The translations under genes were made by a program, and so were the position numbers. Of a stretch of DNA of 58,837 nucleotides, positions 19,011 through 30,100 are shown piece by piece. Below the pieces are notes generated by a model, which had not been told where the DNA came from, did not search any database, and saw only the letters and a list, made by a program, of their open reading frames with translations. The DNA comes from a virus (Duplodnaviria; Caudoviricetes). The stretch spans positions 1 to 58,837 of the IMG/VR virus record IMGVR_UViG_3300028025_002566; one strand, 5' to 3'. How positions within the stretch are numbered: the stretch's first letter is position 1; each line of letters starts with the position of its first letter.

Positions 19011-21158
19011 ATGTTTTTAATCCCACCATATACGGGTAATGCTGATTTAGATTCTTATTTATATAATGTATATTTAGGAATTAATTCACTACAAGAATCT
19101 CAAGGTATTAATGTGGATGAAGGTACAGGTATTATTACCGATCCTAACAACAATATATTAGGTTTCTTGTATAGATATCTTAGTATTAAATACGCTGATG
19201 ATAATGTAGGTACTGGATTATCCGATGTACCAACAAGTAAATTATATTTTGGAGTGTATAATACTAATCAATCGGTAGAATCAACTAACCCTGCAGATTA
19301 TACTTGGATTGCGGTTGATGGTGGGTTTAGTACTGATAAACTATTATGGGTTTTAAAACAAGGTAACAGACAGGTAAGTTTCTTTGTTGGTGCTGAATAT
19401 CCAGATGAAGCCAATTGGATATTAGCCCCCGTAAGATCCCTAGATTTAGATAGATTAACCATAGAATATAATAAATATTTAACAGTTCGTTACGCAGATG
19501 ATTCTGCAGGTAATGGTTTATCTACAAGCCCTGTAAATAAAAGTTTTTATGGTATTTATACTAATACTGTTGAAGTAGCTTCTACTGATCCAAATGATTA
19601 CGAATGGTCACCATTCAATTTTGGTACTACATTTGAGTTATATTATCGTTGTTACGGTGGTAGAAGTATTGATATTCAACCGTATGATAATAAACCTATT
19701 GGGTTGCTATTACTCAAAGATAATACCTTTTTAAATCTTGATGTAATTACATTTAGTGTTACAGATAAGATTGGCATTATTAATGAATCACCCTTAAGTA
19801 TTATTTCACCTACTCGGTACCTATTAGTAAAGTATGCCGATAGTGCTACTGGTACAAATATTTCTTCAGCATCTATTGGTAAAACTTATTTTGGATTATT
19901 ATCTTCAGATGTATTATATGATAACGTAAGTCCAAGTGATTTTATTTGGTTTACTGCTAATGGTACCTTTGGGCCTGAGTCTAAGAAACTTTGGTTTAGA
20001 AGTGTTGGTAATAACATAATTACCTTTGATAATAATAACGAAGCACCAGACACTACTGGTTGGTTTGACGTTACAGTACAAAGTAATCCTTACAATTATA
20101 TTGATGCATATAGTCGTTCAGGTATTGTTGTTACCGACTTAACTTCCCCTACAGATGGTCGTCTAGGTTATACCCAAACATCTGCTGGTGTTTATAATAT
20201 TAACCTTGACCCATATGGTACAGGCGCAGATACTGGTGGATTCTCTTTTGACCCATCTACTACTGCAGAAATTAACGTAGATCAGTTTGGTAGAATTATT
20301 TCTGCTGGTGCTTTAGACCAAGTTAGATTTAGTTTAGGTATGGTTAACGCAGCTTCTGGTCAATCTGTATTTACATTTTCTAATGCACAACCTGATCAAA
20401 TATTCTTTTTCAAAAATGGTATATTACTTCAGAGCGGTACTGATTATACAAGAACATCTACTAATATTACATTAACACAGGCATGTGTTGGTGGAGAATC
20501 TATGATGGCTTATTATATTAGGTTAATTGATGCTGTAACCTCTTTAGATAAAGTACCTTTTACCACAAGTTACATTAGCCTTAGTAATGGTCAAACAATA
20601 ATTCCAAGAACATCTGTTGATGGTAGTGAATTGTTGTTTATTAATGGTGTTCTTGTAGTTGATACTCAATACACTTATTTAGCAGGTAATTCTGGATATC
20701 AATTAAACTCACCAGCTACAGGTGGTACACTTACTGTTATTGAGTTTGTAAAGAATAATGCTAATACACTTATCTTTACAGAGAACTATACTGAAAAATT
20801 ATCTGGTACAGATATAATTACTTACCCTACTCCTTATCAAAGAAATTCTTCTTTAATCTGGTTTAATGGTGTATTATTAAAACCAACCTCAGATTATAGT
20901 ATTCCCGGAGCTTCTGATTTAGTTTATAATGCAGAATTAATTGGTGTATTAGATTATGCTGGTCAGCCAGCTCAATACGCTTCTTTTGTAAGTGCTGGTC
21001 CTGCATCTGTTGGTTCATTAAGTTCTGCTGGTGTACTCGGTTTTGATGTACCAATTGAAATTGAAAAGAAAACAACCATTAAAGATATGTTCTTAGAATT
21101 ACAATTTCAAATTGAAGAATTACAACAAGAGGTTAAAAGATTAAAAGGTGATTTATGA
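19011..21158 (+). CDS. Tail structural protein
   Basis: Three (K/R)YAD(D/S)..G repeats and (K/I/F)NG(I/V)L repeats. Confidence 0.7.
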   Translation: MFLIPPYTGNADLDSYLYNVYLGINSLQESQGINVDEGTGIITDPNNNILGFLYRYLSIKYADDNVGTGLSDVPTSKLYFGVYNTNQSVESTNPADYTWIAVDGGFSTDKLLWVLKQGNRQVSFFVGAEYPDEANWILAPVRSLDLDRLTIEYNKYLTVRYADDSAGNGLSTSPVNKSFYGIYTNTVEVASTDPNDYEWSPFNFGTTFELYYRCYGGRSIDIQPYDNKPIGLLLLKDNTFLNLDVITFSVTDKIGIINESPLSIISPTRYLLVKYADSATGTNISSASIGKTYFGLLSSDVLYDNVSPSDFIWFTANGTFGPESKKLWFRSVGNNIITFDNNNEAPDTTGWFDVTVQSNPYNYIDAYSRSGIVVTDLTSPTDGRLGYTQTSAGVYNINLDPYGTGADTGGFSFDPSTTAEINVDQFGRIISAGALDQVRFSLGMVNAASGQSVFTFSNAQPDQIFFFKNGILLQSGTDYTRTSTNITLTQACVGGESMMAYYIRLIDAVTSLDKVPFTTSYISLSNGQTIIPRTSVDGSELLFINGVLVVDTQYTYLAGNSGYQLNSPATGGTLTVIEFVKNNANTLIFTENYTEKLSGTDIITYPTPYQRNSSLIWFNGVLLKPTSDYSIPGASDLVYNAELIGVLDYAGQPAQYASFVSAGPASVGSLSSAGVLGFDVPIEIEKKTTIKDMFLELQFQIEELQQEVKRLKGDL

Positions 21159-22159
21159 CACAAGCAATTAATTTAGCTAACTTTGCTAATAATTTAAATA
21201 GCTCGGGGCAAGTTGACCCAAATGCGTTAAGCACAGTAGTTCCTATCGCTAAGGGTGGTACTAATGCATCAACCGCAGCAGATGCAAGAACAAGTCTTAA
21301 TGTTCCCACAAGGACTGGGGGGGATTCTTCTGGTACTTGGCCTATTGGTATCTCTGGTAATGCAGCCACGGTTACTAATGGCGTTTATACAACTGGTAAC
21401 CAAACAATTGGCGGCACAAAAACTTTTACTAGCGGTATAAAGTTTAATGATGACACCGTACAAACAACTGCTGCTGTTACTCCGACAACTAACGTTCAAA
21501 CATTTAACAGCACTGGAACTTGGACAAAACCAACTGCCGGGCAAACAATGGCTCGTATCCAAGTTTGGGGAGGTGGCGGTGGTGGTTCTCGTTTTACCTC
21601 TAATGATGGTACATCTGGTGGTGGTGGTGGTGGGTATAACGAAACCACAATTCCTATTTCTTATTTAGCTGCAACAGTGACAGCAACTGTTGGTAGTGGT
21701 GGTACGGGAGCAACAAGTAGCGGCGTGGGTGGTACTGGTGGTACGTCCTCTTTTGCCCTTGCTACTTCGTTTATGGGAAGATCTACTGTCGCCGCCTATG
21801 GTGGAGGAGGAGGTCAGGCTGGAGCACAAAATGGTTCAAGTGGAGGTGGAGCACAACTTTCTGCTGGTGCCCCGGGTAGTGGCGCTTCTTCAAACGGGAT
21901 TCCTTACAGTGATAATTGGTCTGGTGGGCGAGGTACGGGGTCAACAACCGAAGGCGGGACGTCTGATGGGGGAAATAGTTTATTTGGCGGGGGAGGTGGC
22001 TGTTGTAACGGAGCTACTGCTGGAGTAAGCCTTTATGGTGGTGCTGGTGGTGCCGGTGCTGCAGGAACCCAACCCGGTGGTGGTGGTGGATCAAAAGTAA
22101 CTGCTAACTTAAACGGATCTAACGGCGGCGCTGGTCGAATCATTGTAACTTGCTGGTAA
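21155..22159 (+). CDS. Gly-rich tail fibre-like protein
   Basis: TFNSTGTWTKP, GGGGGG repeats, GAGRIIVTCW end. Confidence 0.75.
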   Translation: MTQAINLANFANNLNSSGQVDPNALSTVVPIAKGGTNASTAADARTSLNVPTRTGGDSSGTWPIGISGNAATVTNGVYTTGNQTIGGTKTFTSGIKFNDDTVQTTAAVTPTTNVQTFNSTGTWTKPTAGQTMARIQVWGGGGGGSRFTSNDGTSGGGGGGYNETTIPISYLAATVTATVGSGGTGATSSGVGGTGGTSSFALATSFMGRSTVAAYGGGGGQAGAQNGSSGGGAQLSAGAPGSGASSNGIPYSDNWSGGRGTGSTTEGGTSDGGNSLFGGGGGCCNGATAGVSLYGGAGGAGAAGTQPGGGGGSKVTANLNGSNGGAGRIIVTCW

Positions 22160-22168
22160 GGAACTTAA

Positions 22169-22384
22169 ATGAATTTAAACGATTACGCTTATTACAATGT
22201 TAACACAGGATTAATTGAAAACGTTATCTGGATTGATGATGAAATTGTATCTACACTTGTTTGGCCTGAAGGCTACGCTATTGTAGACATTCCTCAAAAT
22301 GGTATTGCTGGTGAATGGTCAATGTGCGGTATTGGATGGTCATATATTAATGATCAATTTATTGAACCATTAGCACCAGTATAA
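22169..22384 (+). CDS. Small tail-fibre-associated protein
   Basis: GIGWSY..QF motif following the Gly-rich fibre. Confidence 0.65.
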   Translation: MNLNDYAYYNVNTGLIENVIWIDDEIVSTLVWPEGYAIVDIPQNGIAGEWSMCGIGWSYINDQFIEPLAPV

Positions 22385-22401
22385 CCTATTATAAATTAAA
22401 T

Positions 22402-22818
22402 ATGATTATTCAACAACTAACCAAAGAACAAACCATAGAGAACTGGCCTACATTATCCAGATACCTACGACAAGTAATTGAGCATGGACAAGGAGAGTCT
22501 ACACTAACTGACTACTTAACTAAAGTACTTGTTAATATTGCTCAATGTTGGGCAGTTGTTGATCATGGTATTATTGTAGGTGTAGGATTAACTGAATTCC
22601 TACAATACACACAACACAAAACACTTCATATTATTGCTTTTAGTGGCAGTAACTTTGAAGAACAATCTAAAGTCTTTCCAACTGTGGAGCAGTTTGCTCG
22701 GGACAATGGTTGTAAAGCAATTGAACAATGGGGTAGACAAGGTTGGGCTAAAGTCCTACCTCAATACGTTCCCGGATTTAAGCAAGCCTACGTGGTAATG
22801 CGAAAGGATTTAGAATGA
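22402..22818 (+). CDS. GNAT-like protein preceding the ejection genes
   Basis: EQFARDNGCKAIEQWGRQGWAKVL. Confidence 0.55.
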   Translation: MIIQQLTKEQTIENWPTLSRYLRQVIEHGQGESTLTDYLTKVLVNIAQCWAVVDHGIIVGVGLTEFLQYTQHKTLHIIAFSGSNFEEQSKVFPTVEQFARDNGCKAIEQWGRQGWAKVLPQYVPGFKQAYVVMRKDLE

Positions 22819-23468
22819 AATATAAATTAGTTAAAAAATATGGTGGTGGAGGTGGTAACCCTCAAACGATTGAAACAATCCCTGATTGGGCAAAACCTGC
22901 CTTACAGCAAGTACAAGGGGAAGCAAAAAATTTATACGAGTCAGGCGACTTAGGTAAAGTAGCTGGTGCTACAGCTAACCAAGAAACCGCTTTTGGTATG
23001 GGTGATACTATATCCAATACAGGTAATACTGGCCTTGAAACATTGGCACAACAACAAGAACGATTAAAGCAAATGGCTGAAACGGGCGGTGCTGCTGAGT
23101 TACAAGACGCGCTGAAGCTAGATGTTGGAATGTCATCTGCTAACTTAGGTAGCCAATTTGGTTCTGGCGGTGTACTTGGTTCTGCCAGACATGCTCTTGC
23201 AGAGAAAACTTCAGAAGATGCGGCTAAAGCTAAATTCGCTCAACAAGTAATTACTAACAAGGCTGGTGCTGAAGCAGCTCTTGGTACTTCAGTTGGTCAA
23301 GGTGTATCTACTGCGGGTACTACTGCATCTAATCTAACTAAATTAGGTTCTGAAGAACGTAACATTAATCAACAACAGTTAGATGCCGATTGGCAAGCAT
23401 TACAACGTTATGCTTCTACAACATATGGTAATCCCGCAAGACAGCAGGGTGTTAGTGGAGGTAAATGA
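22815..23468 (+). CDS. Putative ejection (internal virion) protein
   Basis: GGGGG start, Gln/Ala/Gly-rich, ends SGGK, no Cys. Confidence 0.65.
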   Translation: MKYKLVKKYGGGGGNPQTIETIPDWAKPALQQVQGEAKNLYESGDLGKVAGATANQETAFGMGDTISNTGNTGLETLAQQQERLKQMAETGGAAELQDALKLDVGMSSANLGSQFGSGGVLGSARHALAEKTSEDAAKAKFAQQVITNKAGAEAALGTSVGQGVSTAGTTASNLTKLGSEERNINQQQLDADWQALQRYASTTYGNPARQQGVSGGK

Positions 23469-24010
23469 TGTACGAACAAGATCCTTGGTCATGGGTTAAC
23501 CAACAAAAACCAGTTGCTCCATTAGGCGCGTCCATTCAACCCTCTCAAGAACAAGCACCCGGTGTATTGTATACACAACCAGATCCATTAGAACAACAAT
23601 TGCAATCTATGGCTGTAGGTAAAGGCGTTGATGCTGCTGCTACTGGCTTAAGTGCAGGATATAAAGCAGCTATGGCACCTGCTGTAGTTGCTCCTTTATC
23701 AGCAGGATCAGTATTAGGTACATCAGCACCGGCAATGTCACTTGCACCCGCTGCTACCACTGCAGCTACTGAAGGTCTTATTGCTTCTGGTATTCCCGGT
23801 TTAGCTGCCCCATTAGCTTCTACTACTGCTACAGGTGCTGCTCTTGCAGGTACGGGTACTGCAGCTACCGGTGGCGCATTAGCCTCTACTGGTGCTGCTG
23901 CAGGTACTGGAGCTGCTATGGTTGGCGGTGAGGCTGCATTAGCCGCATTAGGCCCAGTTGGTTGGGCTATTGGTGCTGGTTTACTGGCAAAGAAATTAGG
24001 AATTTTCTAA
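23465..24010 (+). CDS. Putative ejection protein with a hydrophobic Ala/Gly-rich C-terminus
   Basis: AALGPVGWAIGAGLLAKKLGIF; no Cys. Confidence 0.65.
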   Translation: MMYEQDPWSWVNQQKPVAPLGASIQPSQEQAPGVLYTQPDPLEQQLQSMAVGKGVDAAATGLSAGYKAAMAPAVVAPLSAGSVLGTSAPAMSLAPAATTAATEGLIASGIPGLAAPLASTTATGAALAGTGTAATGGALASTGAAAGTGAAMVGGEAALAALGPVGWAIGAGLLAKKLGIF

Positions 24011-24019
24011 GGAGATACT

Positions 24020-27000
24020 ATGGGTCCGCTTAGCGCAAAACAATATAGAGAATATTTAAAGCTTGGTGCAGATGAACAGCGTAAGAATGCTGCATTTACT
24101 CAAGAACAACAACGTAAAGATCAGCTACATCAGCTAAAGCTTAAAGAGGCTGGTGCCAAAGCGTCCCAAGGTATTGCTCACAAAGAAGAAAACCATGCGA
24201 TGAAGTTAGCTGAAGGTACTGTAAAAGTACCACGCATTAACAGACAGAAACTTGGTTTACCCTCTATGAATCCATTAGCGGATTCAGAAATATTAGGGCA
24301 AGGGCAAAGACGTTTACCCGGTATGATGCCTAAGGGTACTGATACAGTCCCTGCTATGCTCACACCCGGTGAAGCTGTTATTCCAGCTCCTGCTGCACAA
24401 AACCCTAAAAATAAAAAAGCCATTAAGAAAATGGTTAAAGAGGGTCGTAATAAAAATAAAATTATGGGTTATGCCGATGGTACTGAATATGTACAAGAAC
24501 AGGTACAACCATTAACAATCCAAGATCCACGGATGGGTTATACTGCACCTATGTATGAAGGTAAGTACATTGAAAACATTCCTACTCGTAGTAATAATCC
24601 CGGTAATCTTATGTATGCTGGTCAGCCCAATGCTATTCCCGGTGTACCTAAACCCGGTGGCGGTAGCTTTGCTCTCTTTGCTAATCCTCAATCTGGTATT
24701 GAAGCTTTAGAACGACAAGTAACAAAGAACACACAAGAACGTGGCCAAAACATTAAACAAATGATGGCTAAATACGCACCTAAGGGTGAAAATAATACTG
24801 CAAAGTATGTTAAGAACCTATCTAAAGAGATTGGTGTCAGCCCAACAGCAAAGGTTCCAATGGATAAAGTACCCGCATTGTCTCGTGCTATTAGTAAGTT
24901 TGAAGGTTACAAAGGTGAGTACTATTCTGATGGTACTACCGGCGTTAAGTACTATAATGATGGTAACGTATCTGTTCCCTTTGATGCTACTACCCAAGAA
25001 ATCCCTGTATATGTACCTCAATTATCATTAGGTACTCCAGCACCTGATCCAAGACTCTTAACTAATGCAGTACCTATTAATACTGCTGTACCCGTAGCTG
25101 TTGCTCCTTTAGCAAATACAGGTCAAGAAGCAGCCTTAACAGTAGCTCAAAGGCATAACAACCCCGGTAACCTAATCTTTGTTGGTCAAAAAGGTGCTGT
25201 TAAAGGTGAACCCAAAGCTGGTGGTGGCTATTGGGCAAGATTTGAAACACCAGAATCTGGTAGACAAGCTTTAGAAAATCAAATTAAATTAGATACTCAA
25301 GAAAGAGGTCTGACTTTATTTGATACTATGAATAAGTATGCACCTGCTGGTGACAGAAATAACCCTTCTGCGTATGCCAAGACTATTGGTGATAAATTAG
25401 GTATTTCATTAAGTGACAAAGTACCCTCTGATAAGATTGGTTTAATGGCTGATGTTATTACCAGTGTTGAGAGTGGTGGTAAATATAAAACAAATAATAA
25501 CGTTGTTGCCAGTACCCTTACCCCTGCTGAGTCAGATGAATTAGCTACTCTAAAGAAAGTAGTATCCAGCAATATTTATCCAGCTAATGAGGTTGGTAAA
25601 GCTCGTATGCGTATTCAAGAGCTTGAGAATAAAGCATTAAACGTACCTAGACCACAAGCTACCCCAGAGCAAAAACAATGGGCCGATGAGCGAAGAGGTA
25701 CTGTTAAACCTGATGTTGCACAACGAGTCGCAGCTATTGATGCTATGGTTCCTGCTGCAGTATTACCAGCTAACGAAGGTAATGTACCTCCTGCTGTTAT
25801 GCCTCCACAATTACCTGAGGCACCTTCTGTAAGCCAAGAAGTACCTAAAGATACTGCCGCATTTGATGCTATGATTGCTGGTTTCTCTCAACAGGTAGCA
25901 CCTCAAATTCAAGAAGCTACTAAGCAAGCAGAAAAGATTGTTGATCCTGTAGAAAAGAAATCTTTCTTAGAAAACTTTATTGCCGGTATTTATGGTGGTG
26001 ATAAGAGTTTATTTAATGATAAAGATCTTGCTCGATTTGCTGTAGTTGCTGCGGGTGGTTTACTAACTGGCGGTTCTGTAGGCGGTTCATTAAGATTTGC
26101 TGCTAAGGATACTCTAATTAGTGCTGACAGACGTAATGTTGCTCAAGCACAGCAGGACTTTGAACGTGAAAAGATTAAAGCAGTTGATGATCGTACTGAG
26201 CGTAATAAGTTAATTGATCAAGGTTATGAACCAGCTAATATTGATAAGTATTTAAAATCAAGAACAATTGATGATCTTGGTTCACCTAAAACAACTTATT
26301 CATTTAAAGAAACTGGTAAACAATACACTATTGATCGTGGCCCACAGTCAGGTATGGTATTCCAAGTAGTTGAAGCAACAACCAAAACTGGTAAAGGTGC
26401 TGGTGATACTATTCAAATGATAATTGACCCACGTACTAATAATAAGGTACCCTTAAGTTCTTTCCAAGCTAATGCACAAAAGTTAGGTTATAACGTAGTA
26501 GATTATTCTTCTGCAACACATTCACCTACAGCTAAAGCTAATCGGGTAAAAGAATGGGTTGAGAAAGATGCTAACACTATTGCTGACCAAGCACTAGAAC
26601 AAGTGTATGGTGCTTCTAAAGTAAAAGATAAACCTAATACTGCAAGAGCTAACGTACCTACGTCATCCGCTATTGGTGCTCAAGCTGCTTCATTCTTTAA
26701 GTCTATTGGTTTTGAACCAAGTGACTCTGGTGAAATGCTTGAAGGTAAAAACATTATGAACGTAGCTGTACAGGATATGATCAATGATCAGCAGACTCGT
26801 AAAGTAAAAGTAACAGACATTACACCTTATTTAAGCCGTTCAATGATTACAGTTCGTTCAGGTATTAACCCTGATTTATTTAAGATTGGTGCTGGTGATA
26901 AAGCTAAAGTAATGCCGCCTGAAAAGATTGTTCAGTTAGATTACTTAGTTAAACAAGCATCTTCTGATTTGGGTGGTGGTCAAACTAATGCTGCTGCACA

Positions 27001-27139
27001 ACAAGCGTTGTATCAAAAGATGGCTACAGCTTGGACTAATAACCCTAAGCTAAGAGAACAGTATGCTAAACCTGGTCCTGAAGAAAGCTCTTTCTATATG
27101 TTTATGAAAGATACTTTGTCTAAAGGACTGAAACAATAA
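24020..27139 (+). CDS. Internal virion protein with two tandem NNPGN lysozyme-like domains
   Basis: RSNNPGNL...KYAP and RHNNPGNL...KYAP; GTDTVPAMLTPGE motif; no Cys. Confidence 0.7.
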   Translation: MGPLSAKQYREYLKLGADEQRKNAAFTQEQQRKDQLHQLKLKEAGAKASQGIAHKEENHAMKLAEGTVKVPRINRQKLGLPSMNPLADSEILGQGQRRLPGMMPKGTDTVPAMLTPGEAVIPAPAAQNPKNKKAIKKMVKEGRNKNKIMGYADGTEYVQEQVQPLTIQDPRMGYTAPMYEGKYIENIPTRSNNPGNLMYAGQPNAIPGVPKPGGGSFALFANPQSGIEALERQVTKNTQERGQNIKQMMAKYAPKGENNTAKYVKNLSKEIGVSPTAKVPMDKVPALSRAISKFEGYKGEYYSDGTTGVKYYNDGNVSVPFDATTQEIPVYVPQLSLGTPAPDPRLLTNAVPINTAVPVAVAPLANTGQEAALTVAQRHNNPGNLIFVGQKGAVKGEPKAGGGYWARFETPESGRQALENQIKLDTQERGLTLFDTMNKYAPAGDRNNPSAYAKTIGDKLGISLSDKVPSDKIGLMADVITSVESGGKYKTNNNVVASTLTPAESDELATLKKVVSSNIYPANEVGKARMRIQELENKALNVPRPQATPEQKQWADERRGTVKPDVAQRVAAIDAMVPAAVLPANEGNVPPAVMPPQLPEAPSVSQEVPKDTAAFDAMIAGFSQQVAPQIQEATKQAEKIVDPVEKKSFLENFIAGIYGGDKSLFNDKDLARFAVVAAGGLLTGGSVGGSLRFAAKDTLISADRRNVAQAQQDFEREKIKAVDDRTERNKLIDQGYEPANIDKYLKSRTIDDLGSPKTTYSFKETGKQYTIDRGPQSGMVFQVVEATTKTGKGAGDTIQMIIDPRTNNKVPLSSFQANAQKLGYNVVDYSSATHSPTAKANRVKEWVEKDANTIADQALEQVYGASKVKDKPNTARANVPTSSAIGAQAASFFKSIGFEPSDSGEMLEGKNIMNVAVQDMINDQQTRKVKVTDITPYLSRSMITVRSGINPDLFKIGAGDKAKVMPPEKIVQLDYLVKQASSDLGGGQTNAAAQQALYQKMATAWTNNPKLREQYAKPGPEESSFYMFMKDTLSKGLKQ

Positions 27140-27151
27140 ACAAGAGGTAAT

Positions 27152-30100
27152 ATGGATAGATTAGAAAAAGTATTATCAGATATTGGAATAGATGTTTCGT
27201 CTATCCCTAGAGCTTCTGACTTTAAAGTAGGTGAGAATACACTCAAAGATGCCGATACCTTTACTACTGCTGATGGTACACCAGTACGTATGAGAGGTAT
27301 TAATGCCGCAGAGACTTCAAAGGTAGATCCTTCAAGGGGTGCCTTTGAAGGATCTCAACCAGGTGCTGATACACAAACAAAGATTGTTGGAGACATTGCT
27401 CGTCAGGGTAATTTCACCACACCAATTGTTACTGAAGAGGTTGATAAATATAACCGTAGAATGGGTGATTTAGCTGACCCTTATGGTAACAAATTAACTA
27501 CCAAGCTATTAGAGATGGGTGTTGTTAATCCATCTTTAACTCCTACATTAGATCAAACTAATTCAATGTATTGGGGTAGAATTGATCGGCAACAGCGTAT
27601 TAATCAGGGCCGTAAAACTGAGGCTGATTTACTGCTAGATAAGCTTAATGAAGAAAGAAATCAATTTGGTGTACGTGCAAAAGTATTTACACCAGATGCT
27701 AAATCTTTTGGTGCTTCTGTAGATGATGCTGGTCGTAGTGATTATTTTGCTGGTCCAGCTATTGTCCGTGAAGGTGAAGATAGAACAGGTAAGGCTACAA
27801 GTAATTTATCTACAGGACTGGATATTGGCTTTGCCCAAATGCAACAAGGTTTATTTGGGGCTATTGATCTTATCGGTAAAACTACTGGATCAGAATTCTT
27901 AAGTAATGTAGGTACATCTAATGTGCGTGCATTAAAATCTGAGTTAGAATCATTACCGTATCTACGTAATGCTGAAGCTATTGATGAGAAAGGTAACTGG
28001 AAACTAGATAGTTTCAGTAAGTTAACTGACTATTTAGTTGGTACTGCTGCCTCATCTGCACCTCAAATGATTGTATCTTTAGCTTCTGCTTTTGCTGCTC
28101 CTGCTACTTTTGGTTTATCGTTATCAGCTCCTGCAGCTATCTATACAGGTAATGTATGGAACGAACAAAAAGAAAAGAACGCTGGTACCGCTTTAATCTC
28201 AGGTATTACACAAGCTGCATTAGATCGTTTAGGTATTGCTGGTTTAGTTAAAGCACCTAACCTAAACATCACATCTACAGCTACACAAGAATTAGTTAAA
28301 GCACAATTACTAAAGAAAGGTTTTAGTAAAGAAGCTGCTGAAGCTATGATTGTAAAAGCTACACAAGCGTCTGTTAAAGACGTAGCTGATGCTGCACGAA
28401 TTGTAGCTGCAAGACAACAGCTTGGCGCTCTTAATATTGGTAAAGCAGTTGGTATGGGTGCTGTATCTGAAGGCCCAACCGAAGGTCTACAAGAATTAGT
28501 ACAATACTTTGGTGAGACATCTAGTTTAAATGTACCTGAAGGCGAAGAGTATTCTAAGTTAAAGAACCGAGTACTTAATGCTACTGTAGGCGGTGCGTTA
28601 TTAGGTGGAACTATTGGTGGTACAGGTGCTGTTGCTCGTAACTTAACCTTCTCTGATAAAACAGTTAATCGGAGTAATGATGTCGAGTTCAGAGAACAGT
28701 TTAAAGGTAATGTTCCTTATGCAACTGAAGTAGCTAATGAGGCCTTTAATAGTAACCAAGAAGTTAGTTTAGATAAATTGGCCGAGGCTGAGGCTATTAA
28801 ACGATCTACTCAAGGTATCCCATCTAAGTTAAGTTCTTGGTGGGAAGATAAAGGTATTTCATCTCTATGGGATAAGTGGTCTAACACTATTATGGGTGAT
28901 AACGTTCATAAGAGTAAGTACACAGCTGCCTTAGCCACATTACTTGGTGCAGGTAATCCCCTTAATGGCTCATCTATTACTGATCAACAAGCACTATTAG
29001 AAACAAACATTCATAAGCATTTCGGTACCAAAGAAGAAATGGAATCTATGTTTAATGGTATGAATAGTAAGAATATTTCTATTCTATTATCTAACCCTAA
29101 AGTACTTGACTTAATGGAAAGACTTGTTCGTAGAAAGAAAGCTCAGTTTGCTGAGAACATGGATAATGTTGTAGGTAAGTTTGATCTTGATACTGAGCTA
29201 GGTGAATACGCACAATACAAAGATGGTATTGTTGAGTATGCTAATCGTATTGATAACCTAATTTCTACATATAACAATGCAACAAACAGTCAATTACGCT
29301 TTGACGATTTTGTTGAACAAAGACCATTAGATAAGACTGTTGTATCTAGATACTTTAAACAATTTGTTTCTGATCTATCTGATACATTAGGTTTATCTCA
29401 ACAAGAGGCAACTAAGATTGCTAACTCAGTACTCGATAACAATAACATTAACTCAATGGAAGATGCCTTAGATGACATCCTTAACTTTGATGTTGCATCT
29501 TTAAAGAATAAAGATGAGTTAGCCAAAAAGCTTTATACACCAGAAAATCGTGGTAAGTTCCAGAAATATTTTTCTCACGATATCGTAGACAATGCTTATA
29601 CATTATCTGCAAGAGGTGCTGCTAAGAATATTAATACAAATCTTATTGGTAAAGATGGTTCTAAGTTAGCTGCTTTAATTCAAGCTGCAAAAGATAATGG
29701 TGACATTACAGAACAAGAAGCCTCATTCATGGCTAAAGAGATTAAAGATTTCTTAGATATGCGTGCAGGTAAGTATCACCCCATAACTAATCCTTATGTT
29801 CGTGGTGCTTTAAGTACTGTTAACTTCTTATCTACTATTACTTCACTACCACTAGCTGCTATTAGTTCTACCGTAGAGTTTGCTCAGGTATATCGTAACC
29901 TAAATAAACCCCAATCTATTAAAGCTACTCGTATATTACTAAATACCTTTGGTAAAGAATTTGGTTCTTTGTTTAAAGAGTTAGGTGCATCGGTAACTAA
30001 CAAAGGTACTAAACCAGTAGAGCATAGGATTGCTTTATCTAATGCAGGGTATTTAAGAGAAGGTGGTATTGCTCACCGTAATGATATCATGTCTGGTTAT

